A stretch of 64,000 nt of DNA from Verrucomicrobiota bacterium. GTDB lineage: Bacteria; Verrucomicrobiota; Verrucomicrobiia; CAIQCK01. Position numbers and translations under genes: made by a program. Below, in pieces: positions 9,419 to 19,201 of the stretch; positions within the stretch are counted from its first letter, which is position 1, and every line of letters begins with the position of its first letter. Under the pieces are notes generated by a model. That model did no database searches, was not told where the DNA came from, and worked only from the letters and a program-made list of their open reading frames with translations. Location of the stretch: contig JACRQF010000024.1 of NCBI GenBank assembly GCA_016222825.1, positions 1,614-65,613 of the forward strand. The letters are read 5' to 3'.

Positions 9419-10879
9419 ATGATCACAACAAACGCTGAACTGGAGCCCTCCGTTTGGTTGGGAAGATTATTTGTCTGTGCGTTCGCTGTCCTCGCCACGC
9501 TATTGGCCGAACCGCTGACGGCGATGAGCGCGACGAAACCCAATCTCGTCTTCATCCTCACCGACAACCAGGGCGCGTGGACGCTGGGTTGCTACGGCAA
9601 TCCCGACATCCAGACGCCGCACATTGACCGGCTCGCCGCCGAGGGCGTGCGCTTCACCCGTGCGCTGAGCAGTAATCCGGTCTGCTCGCCTACGCGCGCG
9701 ACGTTTCTCACCGGCCTCATCCCCTCGCAGCATGGCGTGCATTCGTTCCTCGACCCGAAATACATGATGGGGACGCAGGCTTACAACACACTCGCGGAGT
9801 TCACCTCCATCGGCGAGGTCCTGCGCGATGCGGGCTACGTCTGCGGCCTGAGCGGCAAGTGGCACCTCGGCGCGAACCTCACGCCGTCGGAGGGATTCAG
9901 CTTTTGGATCACCAAGCCGGACGGCAGCACGACCGAGTTCTACGACCAGCCGGTCATCGAGGACGGCAAGGTGCGCAGGGAGGCCGGCTACACGACGGAG
10001 TTGTGGACGCGCAAGGGCATCCAGTTCATCGAGCAAAACAAGGAGCGCCCGTTCTTCCTCTTCCTCGCTTACAACGGTCCCTACAACCTCGGCAAGCTGA
10101 TGTCGAACCCGCCGCGCAACCGTTGGGCTGCGCACTACAAGGACAAACACTTCAAGAGCTTCCCCGTGGACGCAATGCACCCGTGGCAGTGGGCGAACAA
10201 GGGCTTCCACAACACGCAGAACGCGATGGAGCGCTGCGCCGCCGAGACCAGCGGCGTGGACGACGGCGTCGGCGAGATCATGGCCACGCTCAAGCGCCTC
10301 GGCCTCGACGACCGCACGCTGGTGGCCTACACGGCGGACCAAGGCTGGATGGGCGGCCAGAACGGCATCTGGGGCATGGGCGACCATACGCGCCCGACCG
10401 GCGCGCATGAGTTGATGATGCAGATCCCGCTCATCTTCCGTCATCCCGGCAAAATCCCCGCCGGCGTGACCAGCGACCTGCTGGTGAGCAACTACGACTT
10501 CATGCCGAGCGTGCTCAGCCATCTCGGTCTCGGCAGCAAGATGCCGCAAAAGCCCAAGTCACCGGGCCGCGATTTCTCGGCCGCGTTGCGCGGAGAAAAG
10601 CCGGCGTGGGACAACGTGATCTTCTACGAGATGGAAACCACGCGCGCTGTCCGGACCGACGACTGGAAATACGTCGCGCGCATCCCTGAAGGCCCGTTCG
10701 AGCTTTACGACATGCGCAAGGACCCGCAGGAGCGGTTCAACCTCTACGGCCAGCCCGGCACCGACACCACGCGCGCTGCGCTCGCCAAACGTCTCGACGA
10801 TTTCTTCGCCACTTACGCCGACCCCCAATACAACATCTGGAAAGGCGGCCGGTCGAAGGCGAAACGACACACGGAGTAA
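9419..10879 (+). CDS. Sulfatase (Cys-type)
   Basis: KPNLVFILTDN, CSPTR, GKWHLG, TADQG. Start uncertain. Confidence 0.92.
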   Translation: MITTNAELEPSVWLGRLFVCAFAVLATLLAEPLTAMSATKPNLVFILTDNQGAWTLGCYGNPDIQTPHIDRLAAEGVRFTRALSSNPVCSPTRATFLTGLIPSQHGVHSFLDPKYMMGTQAYNTLAEFTSIGEVLRDAGYVCGLSGKWHLGANLTPSEGFSFWITKPDGSTTEFYDQPVIEDGKVRREAGYTTELWTRKGIQFIEQNKERPFFLFLAYNGPYNLGKLMSNPPRNRWAAHYKDKHFKSFPVDAMHPWQWANKGFHNTQNAMERCAAETSGVDDGVGEIMATLKRLGLDDRTLVAYTADQGWMGGQNGIWGMGDHTRPTGAHELMMQIPLIFRHPGKIPAGVTSDLLVSNYDFMPSVLSHLGLGSKMPQKPKSPGRDFSAALRGEKPAWDNVIFYEMETTRAVRTDDWKYVARIPEGPFELYDMRKDPQERFNLYGQPGTDTTRAALAKRLDDFFATYADPQYNIWKGGRSKAKRHTE

Positions 10880-10881
10880 TC

Positions 10882-12111
10882 ATGAACACAGAACATCACA
10901 TGACCAGACGAACATTTGTTGGACAGACTGCTGGAGCGGCTGCGGTTCCGTTACTGGCCGCCGCCGCTGACGCGCTCGGCCAGGAGGCAGTTTCCAAGCC
11001 GGTCGGGCGCAGACTACGCATCGGCATCGTGGGGCTGGGCAGCCGTGGAAGCTGGATTGCCAACCTGTTCAAGCAACACCCCGGCTACGAGATCGTGGCG
11101 GCGGTGGATTACTTCGAGGAGAGCGCGAACAAGGCTGGCGACAAGCTGGGTGTGCCGGCGGGAAAGCGGTTCAGCGGTCTGTCGGGCTATAAACGCGCGC
11201 TCGACAGCGGTGTCGAGGCGCTGGTGCTCGAAGGCATTCCGTATTTTTATCCGGAGCAAACCGCAGCGGCGATTGACGCGGGCTGCCATGTGTATATGGC
11301 CAAACCGTTCGCGGTGGATGTGCCGGCTGTCTTCAGGATGCAGGCGCTGGCGAAGAAGGCGACGGAGAAGAAGCTGTGCTTCCACGTGGACTACCAGTTG
11401 CCGACGGACCCCGCGAACCAGGAAGTGAAGAAACGCATCGCCGAGGGCGGGCTGGGTGGGCTGGCGCACATCTACTCCGGCGGCACCTGCGGGAAACTGC
11501 CAGATCCGCCGGTTGGCCCGACCATCGAGAACCTTTTCAAGCGGGCGTGGTATTCGCACATCGCGATGAGCGGCGATTTGCTGCTGCTCTATGACATCCA
11601 CATCATTGACGGCATCACATGGGTCACCGGCCAGCGCGCGGTCGGCGCAAGCGGCTACAGGCGCATCGTCCGGCCCGACCCGCATGGAGACCGCACGGAT
11701 TGCGGCGGCGTCGTGTTTCAACTCGCGGACGGGACTTGTTGGACCCACACAACCCAGCTCCTACAGAACAACACGTTCATGTATAACCTGGAAGCCGACA
11801 TCATGGGGCTGGAAGCGACGGCGCACCTCGCTTACAACGGCAAGGTGTGTGTTCGCGGCGGTCCCAAGCACTACGTGGGAGAAGTGGCGAAGGGCATCTA
11901 CGCCGACGGCGCGAAGGCCAACATCGCCGAGTTTTATCGCTGTGTCACCGAGGGCAAATTCGACAACGAAACGGCGCATCGCTCGGTGGACTGCACTCTG
12001 ACGGGCATCCTCGGCCGCGAAGCCATGCTGCGAAAGACATGGCTCACGATGGACGAAGTGATCAAGGAGGCCAAGACACGCGAGGTCAATCTGCGCGGAC
12101 TGAAGACGTGA
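10882..12111 (+). CDS. Tat-exported Gfo/Idh/MocA oxidoreductase
   Basis: TRRTFVG, IVGLGSRG, HVYMAKP, DIHIID. Alternative start at 10900. Confidence 0.88.
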   Translation: MNTEHHMTRRTFVGQTAGAAAVPLLAAAADALGQEAVSKPVGRRLRIGIVGLGSRGSWIANLFKQHPGYEIVAAVDYFEESANKAGDKLGVPAGKRFSGLSGYKRALDSGVEALVLEGIPYFYPEQTAAAIDAGCHVYMAKPFAVDVPAVFRMQALAKKATEKKLCFHVDYQLPTDPANQEVKKRIAEGGLGGLAHIYSGGTCGKLPDPPVGPTIENLFKRAWYSHIAMSGDLLLLYDIHIIDGITWVTGQRAVGASGYRRIVRPDPHGDRTDCGGVVFQLADGTCWTHTTQLLQNNTFMYNLEADIMGLEATAHLAYNGKVCVRGGPKHYVGEVAKGIYADGAKANIAEFYRCVTEGKFDNETAHRSVDCTLTGILGREAMLRKTWLTMDEVIKEAKTREVNLRGLKT

Positions 12112-12157
12112 GAACGCTCAATCAGAAGATAGAACACGAACACTCCAAGGAAAAGCC

Positions 12158-13690
12158 ATGAACAACAACACATTGCTTCCAGTCATCGCAGCAGCCGTCA
12201 TCGCCTGTTTGGCAACCAACCACGCCTCGGCGCAAGGCAACCCGCTGGGCGGACTGGAGCGGCTAAAAGGTTTCGAAAGCCGCCGCGCTTCCTCAAGCGC
12301 CCCCGACTGGCGCACCGGCAACGGCGACGCGCGGCCCATCAAGCCCGGCGACACACTCACGCTCGCGGAACTCAAAGGGCCGGGCGTCATCACGCACATC
12401 TGGTTCACCATCTCGCACGAGGCGAAGTTCTACTCGCGCCTGCTGACGCTGCGGATGTATTGGGACAGCGAGCAACACCCGAGCGTCGAGTGCCCCATCG
12501 GCGACTTCTTTGGCATCGGCCACGGCGTGGACCAGCCGTTTATGTCGTTGCCGATCCGTGTCACGTCGGACGGCCGCGCGCGGAACTGTTATTGGCCGAT
12601 GCCGTTCCGCAAGTCCGCGCGCATCACGGTCACCAACGAGAGCGACAAGCCCTGCCGCGCGCTCTACTACTACATAGACTGGCAGAAGCACCCGTCGCTG
12701 TCGCGAGAGGCGGCTTACTTCCACGCGATGTATCGGCAGGAATACCCGGCGGTCATGGGCCGCAATTACCTGCTCGCGGACATCGTCGGCCGCGGCCACT
12801 ACGTAGGCACCATTCAGAGCGTGTATCATAGCTCCCCCGGTTGGTATGGCGAGGGCGACGACTTCTTCTTCATTGACGGCGAGAAGGAACCGAGCCTGCG
12901 CGGCACGGGCACCGAGGATTACTTCTGCGACGCGTGGGGATTCCGCCAGCAGGACGGGCCGTTCTACGGCACGCCACTCTGGGAAGGCTACAAGACCGGC
13001 AACCGCGGCACGGCTTATCGTTTCCACATCCCCGACCCGGTCGTGTTTAAGAAATCCCTCCGCGTGGAGATCGAGGACAAAGGCAGCCAACAGTTCCCGG
13101 ACGGAAACAAGAGCGGCTTCATCGAGCGCGATGACCTGATGTCGTCGGTGGCGCTGTGGTATCAGGTCGAACCTCACAAACCGTGGCCCGCGCTTCCTGC
13201 CGGACCGGACCGGCTGCCGTTCAGCGACACGACGCTGCTCGTTGGCTGGAAATCGCTGGAGCAGGCCAAACGGTCCGAGCATCCGTTGACGACGCAGCCG
13301 ATCGGCGGCGCGACCGACGGCAAGCAGTTGTGGTTCAGGCCCAAAGACGAGAAAGGCTGGCTGGAGATTCCGTTCCGCGTCGAGAAAGAGATCACGGCTG
13401 ATTTGATACTGCGCATGACACACTCGTGGGACTACGGCACGTATCGCGTGTTGCTGGACGGCAAGTCGGTCGGCACGTTTGACCTGCTCGCCCCCAAGGT
13501 GACTCCCTCCGAGGATTCGCTGGGTCGCCACACACTGAAGGCGGGCGATCACGTGCTGCGTTTCGAGTGCGTCGGCCACAACACCGCCTCCAAAGGTTAC
13601 CTCCTCGGTTTCGATTGTCTGCAAGCCCGCGTTCCCGTTTACGCGCGTCCCGAAGGCAAAGACCTGCGCGACATCCAAGCCAAACCATGA
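12158..13690 (+). CDS. DUF2961 / GH172-family glycoside hydrolase with extra C-terminal beta-sandwich domain
   Basis: GPGVITHIWFT, RNCYWPMPF, WYGEGDD, GTGTEDYF. About 150 extra C-terminal residues resemble a CBM. Confidence 0.85.
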   Translation: MNNNTLLPVIAAAVIACLATNHASAQGNPLGGLERLKGFESRRASSSAPDWRTGNGDARPIKPGDTLTLAELKGPGVITHIWFTISHEAKFYSRLLTLRMYWDSEQHPSVECPIGDFFGIGHGVDQPFMSLPIRVTSDGRARNCYWPMPFRKSARITVTNESDKPCRALYYYIDWQKHPSLSREAAYFHAMYRQEYPAVMGRNYLLADIVGRGHYVGTIQSVYHSSPGWYGEGDDFFFIDGEKEPSLRGTGTEDYFCDAWGFRQQDGPFYGTPLWEGYKTGNRGTAYRFHIPDPVVFKKSLRVEIEDKGSQQFPDGNKSGFIERDDLMSSVALWYQVEPHKPWPALPAGPDRLPFSDTTLLVGWKSLEQAKRSEHPLTTQPIGGATDGKQLWFRPKDEKGWLEIPFRVEKEITADLILRMTHSWDYGTYRVLLDGKSVGTFDLLAPKVTPSEDSLGRHTLKAGDHVLRFECVGHNTASKGYLLGFDCLQARVPVYARPEGKDLRDIQAKP

Positions 13691-14784
13691 AAACTACGAC
13701 AACAACTGTCTGCGTGTTATCGGCCCTGACGATCATTGCTGTGACGCACGCCGCCGAGCCGGCGAAGGGCGACACGAAGCGGCTCGATTTGGGCGGCGGC
13801 GTGACGCTGGAAGTCGTGTTCATCCCGCCCGGTGAGTTCATGATGGGCAGCACGGCGGAGGAGAAACAGTGGGCCACGGGAATCGAGGGCGGCGCGACGC
13901 CGGGGACGACGCGCGAGTCGTTCGAAGGCGAACAGCCGCGACTGACGCGTGTGAGGAACGGCTTCTGGATGGGGCGCACGGAGGTCAGCGTCGGGCAGTT
14001 CCGGCGGTTTGCCGAGGAGAGTGGCTTCGTGACCGATGCGGAAAAGCCCGGCGGCGAGACTCAGGTGTTCGATCCCGAATGGAATGGCTATCACCTGACG
14101 ACGAAGGTGACGCATCCGTGGAAGTCCATGAAAGGCAAGAGCTGGCGCGACCCGAATTGGGCGTTCCCGAACCGGGACGTATTTCCGGTCGTGTGCGTGA
14201 GCTACAACGACATGAAGGCCTTCTGCCGATGGCTGACGGACCGCGAACGGAAGGCGGGCCGGTTGTTGCAGGGCTTGGAATACCGTCTGCCCACGGAAGC
14301 GGAGTGGGAGTATGGCTGCCGCGGTGGCAGCAAGGAGAGTCGCTATTTCTGGTGGGGCAACGAGCTTGAGGAAGGTGAAGGCCGACTGAACATCTCCGCC
14401 ATGGATTTCCTGCCGGGCCGGACCAAGGGCTGGCCGTTGGCAAAGGCGCCGTGGAGCGACGGTTTTCCGTTCGTCTCGCCGGTGGATCACTACGACGAGA
14501 AGGGCCGCAACGGTTTTGGCCTCGCCGACATGTGCGGCGGGGTGTGGGAGTTTGTCATTGACCACTTCGATCCGAAGGGCGGGCATGAGGAGGTTTATTA
14601 TGAGAATGCGGAAAAGCAAACCGTGTCGCGACCTGTGTGTCGGGGAGGCAATTACTTCGATGTTCCGGGGAACGCGCGCTGCGCCGTCCGGCTTGGAATC
14701 CGGAACGTGACTTATTCCGACTCCCGCGACGGCTTCCGTATCTGTCTCGGCGTGCCGCAGAAGGAGCCGTTGGACAGTCGTTGA
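13687..14784 (+). CDS. Formylglycine-generating-enzyme-fold (SUMF1/EgtB/PvdO family) protein
   Basis: FIPPGEFMMGS, PVVCVSYND, YRLPTEAEWEY, NGFGLADMCGGVWE, GFR. ATGA overlap with the upstream stop. Confidence 0.87.
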   Translation: MKTTTTTVCVLSALTIIAVTHAAEPAKGDTKRLDLGGGVTLEVVFIPPGEFMMGSTAEEKQWATGIEGGATPGTTRESFEGEQPRLTRVRNGFWMGRTEVSVGQFRRFAEESGFVTDAEKPGGETQVFDPEWNGYHLTTKVTHPWKSMKGKSWRDPNWAFPNRDVFPVVCVSYNDMKAFCRWLTDRERKAGRLLQGLEYRLPTEAEWEYGCRGGSKESRYFWWGNELEEGEGRLNISAMDFLPGRTKGWPLAKAPWSDGFPFVSPVDHYDEKGRNGFGLADMCGGVWEFVIDHFDPKGGHEEVYYENAEKQTVSRPVCRGGNYFDVPGNARCAVRLGIRNVTYSDSRDGFRICLGVPQKEPLDSR

Positions 14785-14794
14785 AAGCACCGCA

Positions 14795-16165
14795 ATGACG
14801 ACAGGTCGTTCCATGACGAGACGAACGTTTGTTGGGCGGACTGCAGGAGCGGCCGCAGTCTCGCTGCTGGCCATCGCGTCCAACGTGCCCGCCCAAGAGG
14901 CAGGCTCCAAAACCGCTCCCGCCGCCCCGGCCACACGTGCCATCGCCTTTCTCAAAGCCACCGCGACGGGCGGCCATGTGCGGCTCAGTTGCTTCAAGAG
15001 CACGCCTTTCTTCAACGCCACGCAGAAGGAGAAGCCGGATTCGGTCAGGCTTCGCATCCGGCGAACCGACTTGCCGGGCTTCCGTTTCGGCCAGGACTAT
15101 GACGAGTTCTTCCACGGCCTGCGCTGGCAGGATGCGCGGGTCATCTTCGAAGGCCCGCTCACTGCCTTAAACAACCGCAAGTTCGAGTTCACCGATGAGC
15201 GCGTGGAACCCGGACAGACCTATGCGTATTGGGTGGCGACCGACCGCGGCGACCCGCCGACCGGGCCGGTCGCCGTCAAGGTCCGCGATCCGCGCGTCTG
15301 GTGGACGTGGGAGGAAGCACAGCGCCGGCTCGACCGGCTGGCGGCCGAGTTCCCCGGCGTCGTCGAACTGCGGCCGGTGGGACAGACCGTGCAGGGCCGC
15401 CCGTTGCGCGCGTTGATCGCCGGCAACCGCGGGCACGTGCTGGTGATGCTCGGCTCGGTTCACGCCGGCGAGGCGGGCGCGGAACTGCTCATTCCCGCGT
15501 TTGAACATGTGGTCCGCAACCGCCGGGCGTTGCTGGATCGCGTGGGTCTGGCCGTGCTGCCGTGCGTCAACGCCGACCAACGCCAGCGGTTGGCGCTCGG
15601 CCATCCGCCCTACCTGCGGACCAATGCCAACGGCGTGGATCTCAACCGCAATTTCCCCGCCGACTGGGAGACGGTCAATCACATGTATGGCCTCATCACC
15701 TCCGACCCGGAGGGCATGACCTACCGCGGCGCGACGCCCGCCTCGGAACCGGAGACGCAAGCCGTGATGCGGCTGTTGGAAAAGCTGAAGCCCGCCGCAG
15801 TCGTGGCGTTTCATCATCTGGCTTCCATCACAGGCTCGAGCTTCCTCTGTTCAGCCGCCGCGGCGAAGAACGAGCCGTATCTGGCGCGGTGCAGGCCGTT
15901 GAACCACGCCTATCGCGCGGCGCTGGTGCCGCCGGATCTTGAGAAGAAGCCGGTCGCGGTCATGGCTGGATGCACCAGCGGCAGCCTGCCGACCTGGGTC
16001 TTCCAGCGGTTCGGTGTGCCGGCGTTTGACGCGGAAGGTGACGGTTCACCGGCTTGCCAGAAAGCCACGACCGACACCGCCACATGGGAAGACCTCGAAC
16101 AATCCCAAGCCGCCCACCAGCGCGCGGTGGCTGAGTTGCTTTCGGCGCTCGGCGAGAATCCCTGA
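14795..16165 (+). CDS. Tat-exported M14 zinc carboxypeptidase-like protein with N-terminal Fn3-like segment
   Basis: TRRTFVG, HAGE (HxxE), NRNF, AFHH, FDAEG. FEFTDERVEPGQTYAYWV resembles an Fn3 strand pattern. Confidence 0.8.
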   Translation: MTTGRSMTRRTFVGRTAGAAAVSLLAIASNVPAQEAGSKTAPAAPATRAIAFLKATATGGHVRLSCFKSTPFFNATQKEKPDSVRLRIRRTDLPGFRFGQDYDEFFHGLRWQDARVIFEGPLTALNNRKFEFTDERVEPGQTYAYWVATDRGDPPTGPVAVKVRDPRVWWTWEEAQRRLDRLAAEFPGVVELRPVGQTVQGRPLRALIAGNRGHVLVMLGSVHAGEAGAELLIPAFEHVVRNRRALLDRVGLAVLPCVNADQRQRLALGHPPYLRTNANGVDLNRNFPADWETVNHMYGLITSDPEGMTYRGATPASEPETQAVMRLLEKLKPAAVVAFHHLASITGSSFLCSAAAAKNEPYLARCRPLNHAYRAALVPPDLEKKPVAVMAGCTSGSLPTWVFQRFGVPAFDAEGDGSPACQKATTDTATWEDLEQSQAAHQRAVAELLSALGENP

Positions 16166-16246
16166 CACGCGCGCCACTATCGCGCCTGGGACCGGAGTGC
16201 CAGCTTATGAGACTCACTACCAGTAGTCAGAACGAGGGGTGTGCGC

Positions 16247-16252
16247 TAGACT
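16247..16252 (+). promoter_or_regulatory. Putative -10 box of a (near-)leaderless transcript
   Basis: TAGACT lies 8 nt before ATG 16261, with no Shine-Dalgarno sequence. Confidence 0.4.
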
Positions 16253-16260
16253 GCGCGGCC

Positions 16261-17613
16261 ATGAAGACGATGCGCGGCTGGTTTGTTGTCGCGGCGGTGC
16301 TGCTGGCAGACGGCCTCGCATTTGCCGGCGAGCCGGTGACCGGACAGTTGCACGTCGGTTGGGCGACGGTGGATATCACGCCGTCGGCACGCGTGGTTTT
16401 GGACGGCAGCGGTTACAAGCGGGTCACCAAGGAAGTGGAAGACCCGGTGACGGCCACGGTGCTGGCTTTGGAGACGCGGGACGGAGAGCGGGTGGTCGAG
16501 CAGGCGATCATGGTCAGCCTCGACCTGGTCCGGATGACAAAGGAGGTCCACGAAGGTTTGCAGCGCGAGGCGGCAAAGCGGCTCAAGGATTTCGACAGCA
16601 GCAAGCTGTTCTGCAGCGTGACGCACACGCATTGCGGGCCAAGTATCTCCTACGAGAAGACCGGGCCGGGGCAGTTGTATGACATCAGCAAGGAGCCCGA
16701 CGTGATGACGCCGCAGCAATACATCCTGCTGCTCTACGAGCGGATCGGCGCGGGCATCGTGGAGGCGTGGCAGGGCCGGAAACCCGGCGGCGTGAGCTGG
16801 GGATTGGGCCACGCGGCGGTCGGCTACAACCGCCGCCTGACCTACACCGACGGCTCGGCGATCATGGGGTTCGACACGGCGCGCCCCGACTTCTCGCACA
16901 TCGAAGGCTCCCAGGACCACGCCGTGGAGATGCTGTTCTTCTGGGATGCGGACAAGAAACTCACGGGGATGTTGCTGAACCTCGCCTGCCCGTCGCAGGT
17001 CGGCCGCAAGGCTATCAGCGCCGATTTCTGGCATCCGATACGCGAGGGCATCAAGGCGAAACACGGGCCGAAGGTCCACGTCTTCGGCCAGTGCGCGGCG
17101 TCGGGCGACCAGTGTCCCGAGCCGATCATCCGTCGCAAAGCCGAGCAAGCGATGACCGCGCGCCGGAAGATCTCCTGGAAGCAGGAACTGGCCAACCGCG
17201 TGGTCCGCGCGGTGGATGATGTCTGGCCTTATGCACAGAGCGACGTGCAGACGCGGCCCGTATTCGCGCACCGGACGATCAAGACGAACATCCCGAACAA
17301 GAACTCCATCAATGAAGCGCGCTGGCTGCCATCGCAGGTGCCCGTCGAGTTGCACGTGCTGCGGCTGGGCGATGTGGCGATGGCGACGAACCCTTTTGAG
17401 TTGTTCCTCGACTACGGCGACCAGATCAAGGGCCGCAGCAAGGCGGTGTTGACGTTTGTCTCCCAACTCACGTGCGACTATCAGGGCTACCTGCCCACGC
17501 GCCGGGCCGTGGCCGGCGGCGATTACAGCGCCGTCAATCACACCGTCGGCCCAGTCGGCGGCCGTGTGTTGGTTGACGAATCGGTCAAGGCGATCAACTC
17601 GCTCTGGCCTTGA
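16261..17613 (+). CDS. Neutral ceramidase-like amidohydrolase (divergent)
   Basis: Signal peptide, LHVGWATVDITP, HTHCGP, GYNRR, AASGDQ, PFELF, GYLPT..GDYSA. Confidence 0.75.
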   Translation: MKTMRGWFVVAAVLLADGLAFAGEPVTGQLHVGWATVDITPSARVVLDGSGYKRVTKEVEDPVTATVLALETRDGERVVEQAIMVSLDLVRMTKEVHEGLQREAAKRLKDFDSSKLFCSVTHTHCGPSISYEKTGPGQLYDISKEPDVMTPQQYILLLYERIGAGIVEAWQGRKPGGVSWGLGHAAVGYNRRLTYTDGSAIMGFDTARPDFSHIEGSQDHAVEMLFFWDADKKLTGMLLNLACPSQVGRKAISADFWHPIREGIKAKHGPKVHVFGQCAASGDQCPEPIIRRKAEQAMTARRKISWKQELANRVVRAVDDVWPYAQSDVQTRPVFAHRTIKTNIPNKNSINEARWLPSQVPVELHVLRLGDVAMATNPFELFLDYGDQIKGRSKAVLTFVSQLTCDYQGYLPTRRAVAGGDYSAVNHTVGPVGGRVLVDESVKAINSLWP

Positions 17614-19055
17614 GAAAACATTTTGGAGCATTCCACGTGATCTTCCGAACTTTGACTTCACTTCTTCTTGCTGCACACTGGATCGCCAGCCAAGCCACCT
17701 GCGCTGAACCGCTCAGGCTGCTGTTCTCGACGCCGCGGGATGTCACCAACACGTGGGGCAAGCTGCACTTCGGCGTGACACCGGTGCGGTTGATTCGCGA
17801 GTGCGAGTCGCCCGGATTCACTTTCATCGGCGGCTTCCCGCGTGCAGACGGCGCGTGGGAGGTTTTCGGCCAGCAGATGACGGAAGTCAGCCGGGGCAAC
17901 GAGCCGTATGACCGGGTTACCGCATGGAAGCTCATCCGTGCCACCACGCGCGACGGAGCAAAGTTCGAGAACCGCGAGACGGTCTTCGAGCCGAAACCGG
18001 CCGCGTGGACCGACCACACTGCGATGGCCTACAGCCCGGACGCGAAGGAATATCTGCTGCTGAAGCTCAAGGTGGACCGTTCCGGCTTCGCCTATACCGC
18101 CTTCTTCAGTTCCGACGGCAAGCGGTGGCAGGAGCATCCCGGCAATCCGCTCTTCCACGACGGCGACGCGATGAGCCTGTTCTGGAGCAAGGCGGTGCGC
18201 CGCTTCGTGTGCATCAACAAGAGCCTCCAGCCGCACCGCAAACACTTCCGCGACCACGGCGGTGCGACGCCGTCGCTGGGCGACGACTCGCTGCGAGACC
18301 GGCGCGTGCTGATGATGCGCTCCAGCCCCGACGGTCGCCGATGGGAACCGTCCGTTTCCATGTCCGATGTCTGGAACCGCCACGGCAAGAAGGCTCCGAT
18401 TCCGACGCAACATCTGACCCTGCCCGACGCCGAAGATCCGCCGGACTTGGAGTTCTACAGCGGCAACGCGTTCTGGTATCACGACCGCGCCTACATGACG
18501 GTGCTCAACTACGCCGCCAGCCCACTCGCGCCGCGCAAGCACGGGCCGCAACTGGACAACGAGTGGTGGACCAGTCGCGACGGTCTGCGCTGGGAACGCC
18601 CGGCGCGCGGCCTCAACGCACTGGAGGTGTCGCAGATTCCCCGCCTCGAAACCCATCCCATGATCATCGGCGGCAAGGTTTTGTTCCTGCGCGGCCACCT
18701 GTTGCTCGGTCTGCCGCAAGACCGCATCAGCTTCGTCGGCGCGCGTGCCAACGCGGAGTTTTCCACCGCATCGTTCCAAATGCCGGAGGCCGACATCTCT
18801 CTCAACGCCGCCGTGCCGTCGCCGGATCGCGCGTTCGCAAGTAACCAGGCCTACGTCATGGCAGCCGTGCTCGACGACAAGGACGATGTTGTGCCGGGAT
18901 TTGAGCGGGAGAAGTGCGTCATTCAGAACGCCGACAAGATTGACCTGCCGTTGCGGTGGAACGGCAAATCCGCCCGCGAACTCGCCGGCCGCAACATCAG
19001 GCTGCGATTCTCGCTGCGCAGCGCCAACATTTGCGCCATCAACTTCAGCAGGTAA
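17610..19055 (+). CDS. Hypothetical exported beta-propeller protein with C-terminal beta-sandwich (GH32/43-like architecture)
   Basis: Signal-like N-terminus. Repeated SxDG..W Asp-box-like motifs (SSDGKRW, SPDGRRW, SRDGLRW). Start could be TTG 17610 or GTG 17637. Confidence 0.6.
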   Translation: MRKHFGAFHVIFRTLTSLLLAAHWIASQATCAEPLRLLFSTPRDVTNTWGKLHFGVTPVRLIRECESPGFTFIGGFPRADGAWEVFGQQMTEVSRGNEPYDRVTAWKLIRATTRDGAKFENRETVFEPKPAAWTDHTAMAYSPDAKEYLLLKLKVDRSGFAYTAFFSSDGKRWQEHPGNPLFHDGDAMSLFWSKAVRRFVCINKSLQPHRKHFRDHGGATPSLGDDSLRDRRVLMMRSSPDGRRWEPSVSMSDVWNRHGKKAPIPTQHLTLPDAEDPPDLEFYSGNAFWYHDRAYMTVLNYAASPLAPRKHGPQLDNEWWTSRDGLRWERPARGLNALEVSQIPRLETHPMIIGGKVLFLRGHLLLGLPQDRISFVGARANAEFSTASFQMPEADISLNAAVPSPDRAFASNQAYVMAAVLDDKDDVVPGFEREKCVIQNADKIDLPLRWNGKSARELAGRNIRLRFSLRSANICAINFSR

Positions 19056-19201
19056 CTCCTGCGAGTGTCTCTCTGGGTTCGTTTCCTAATCCTTGACGGA
19101 TTCGTTGTCGGCCGTCGGCCGGTCGCGGCGATTTTTGCCGCGCGAGACTGGTCGCACAATTCGCGTGCATTCGAGGCATCGGCGGCGGTAAAAAGTTGCT
19201 G

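Noticed and set aside
5572-19142. Similar short hairpins CGCGGCGATT(TTT)GCCGC at 5572-5586 and 19124-19142
   Set aside because: They are too short in a GC-rich background to call a repeat family or terminator with confidence.
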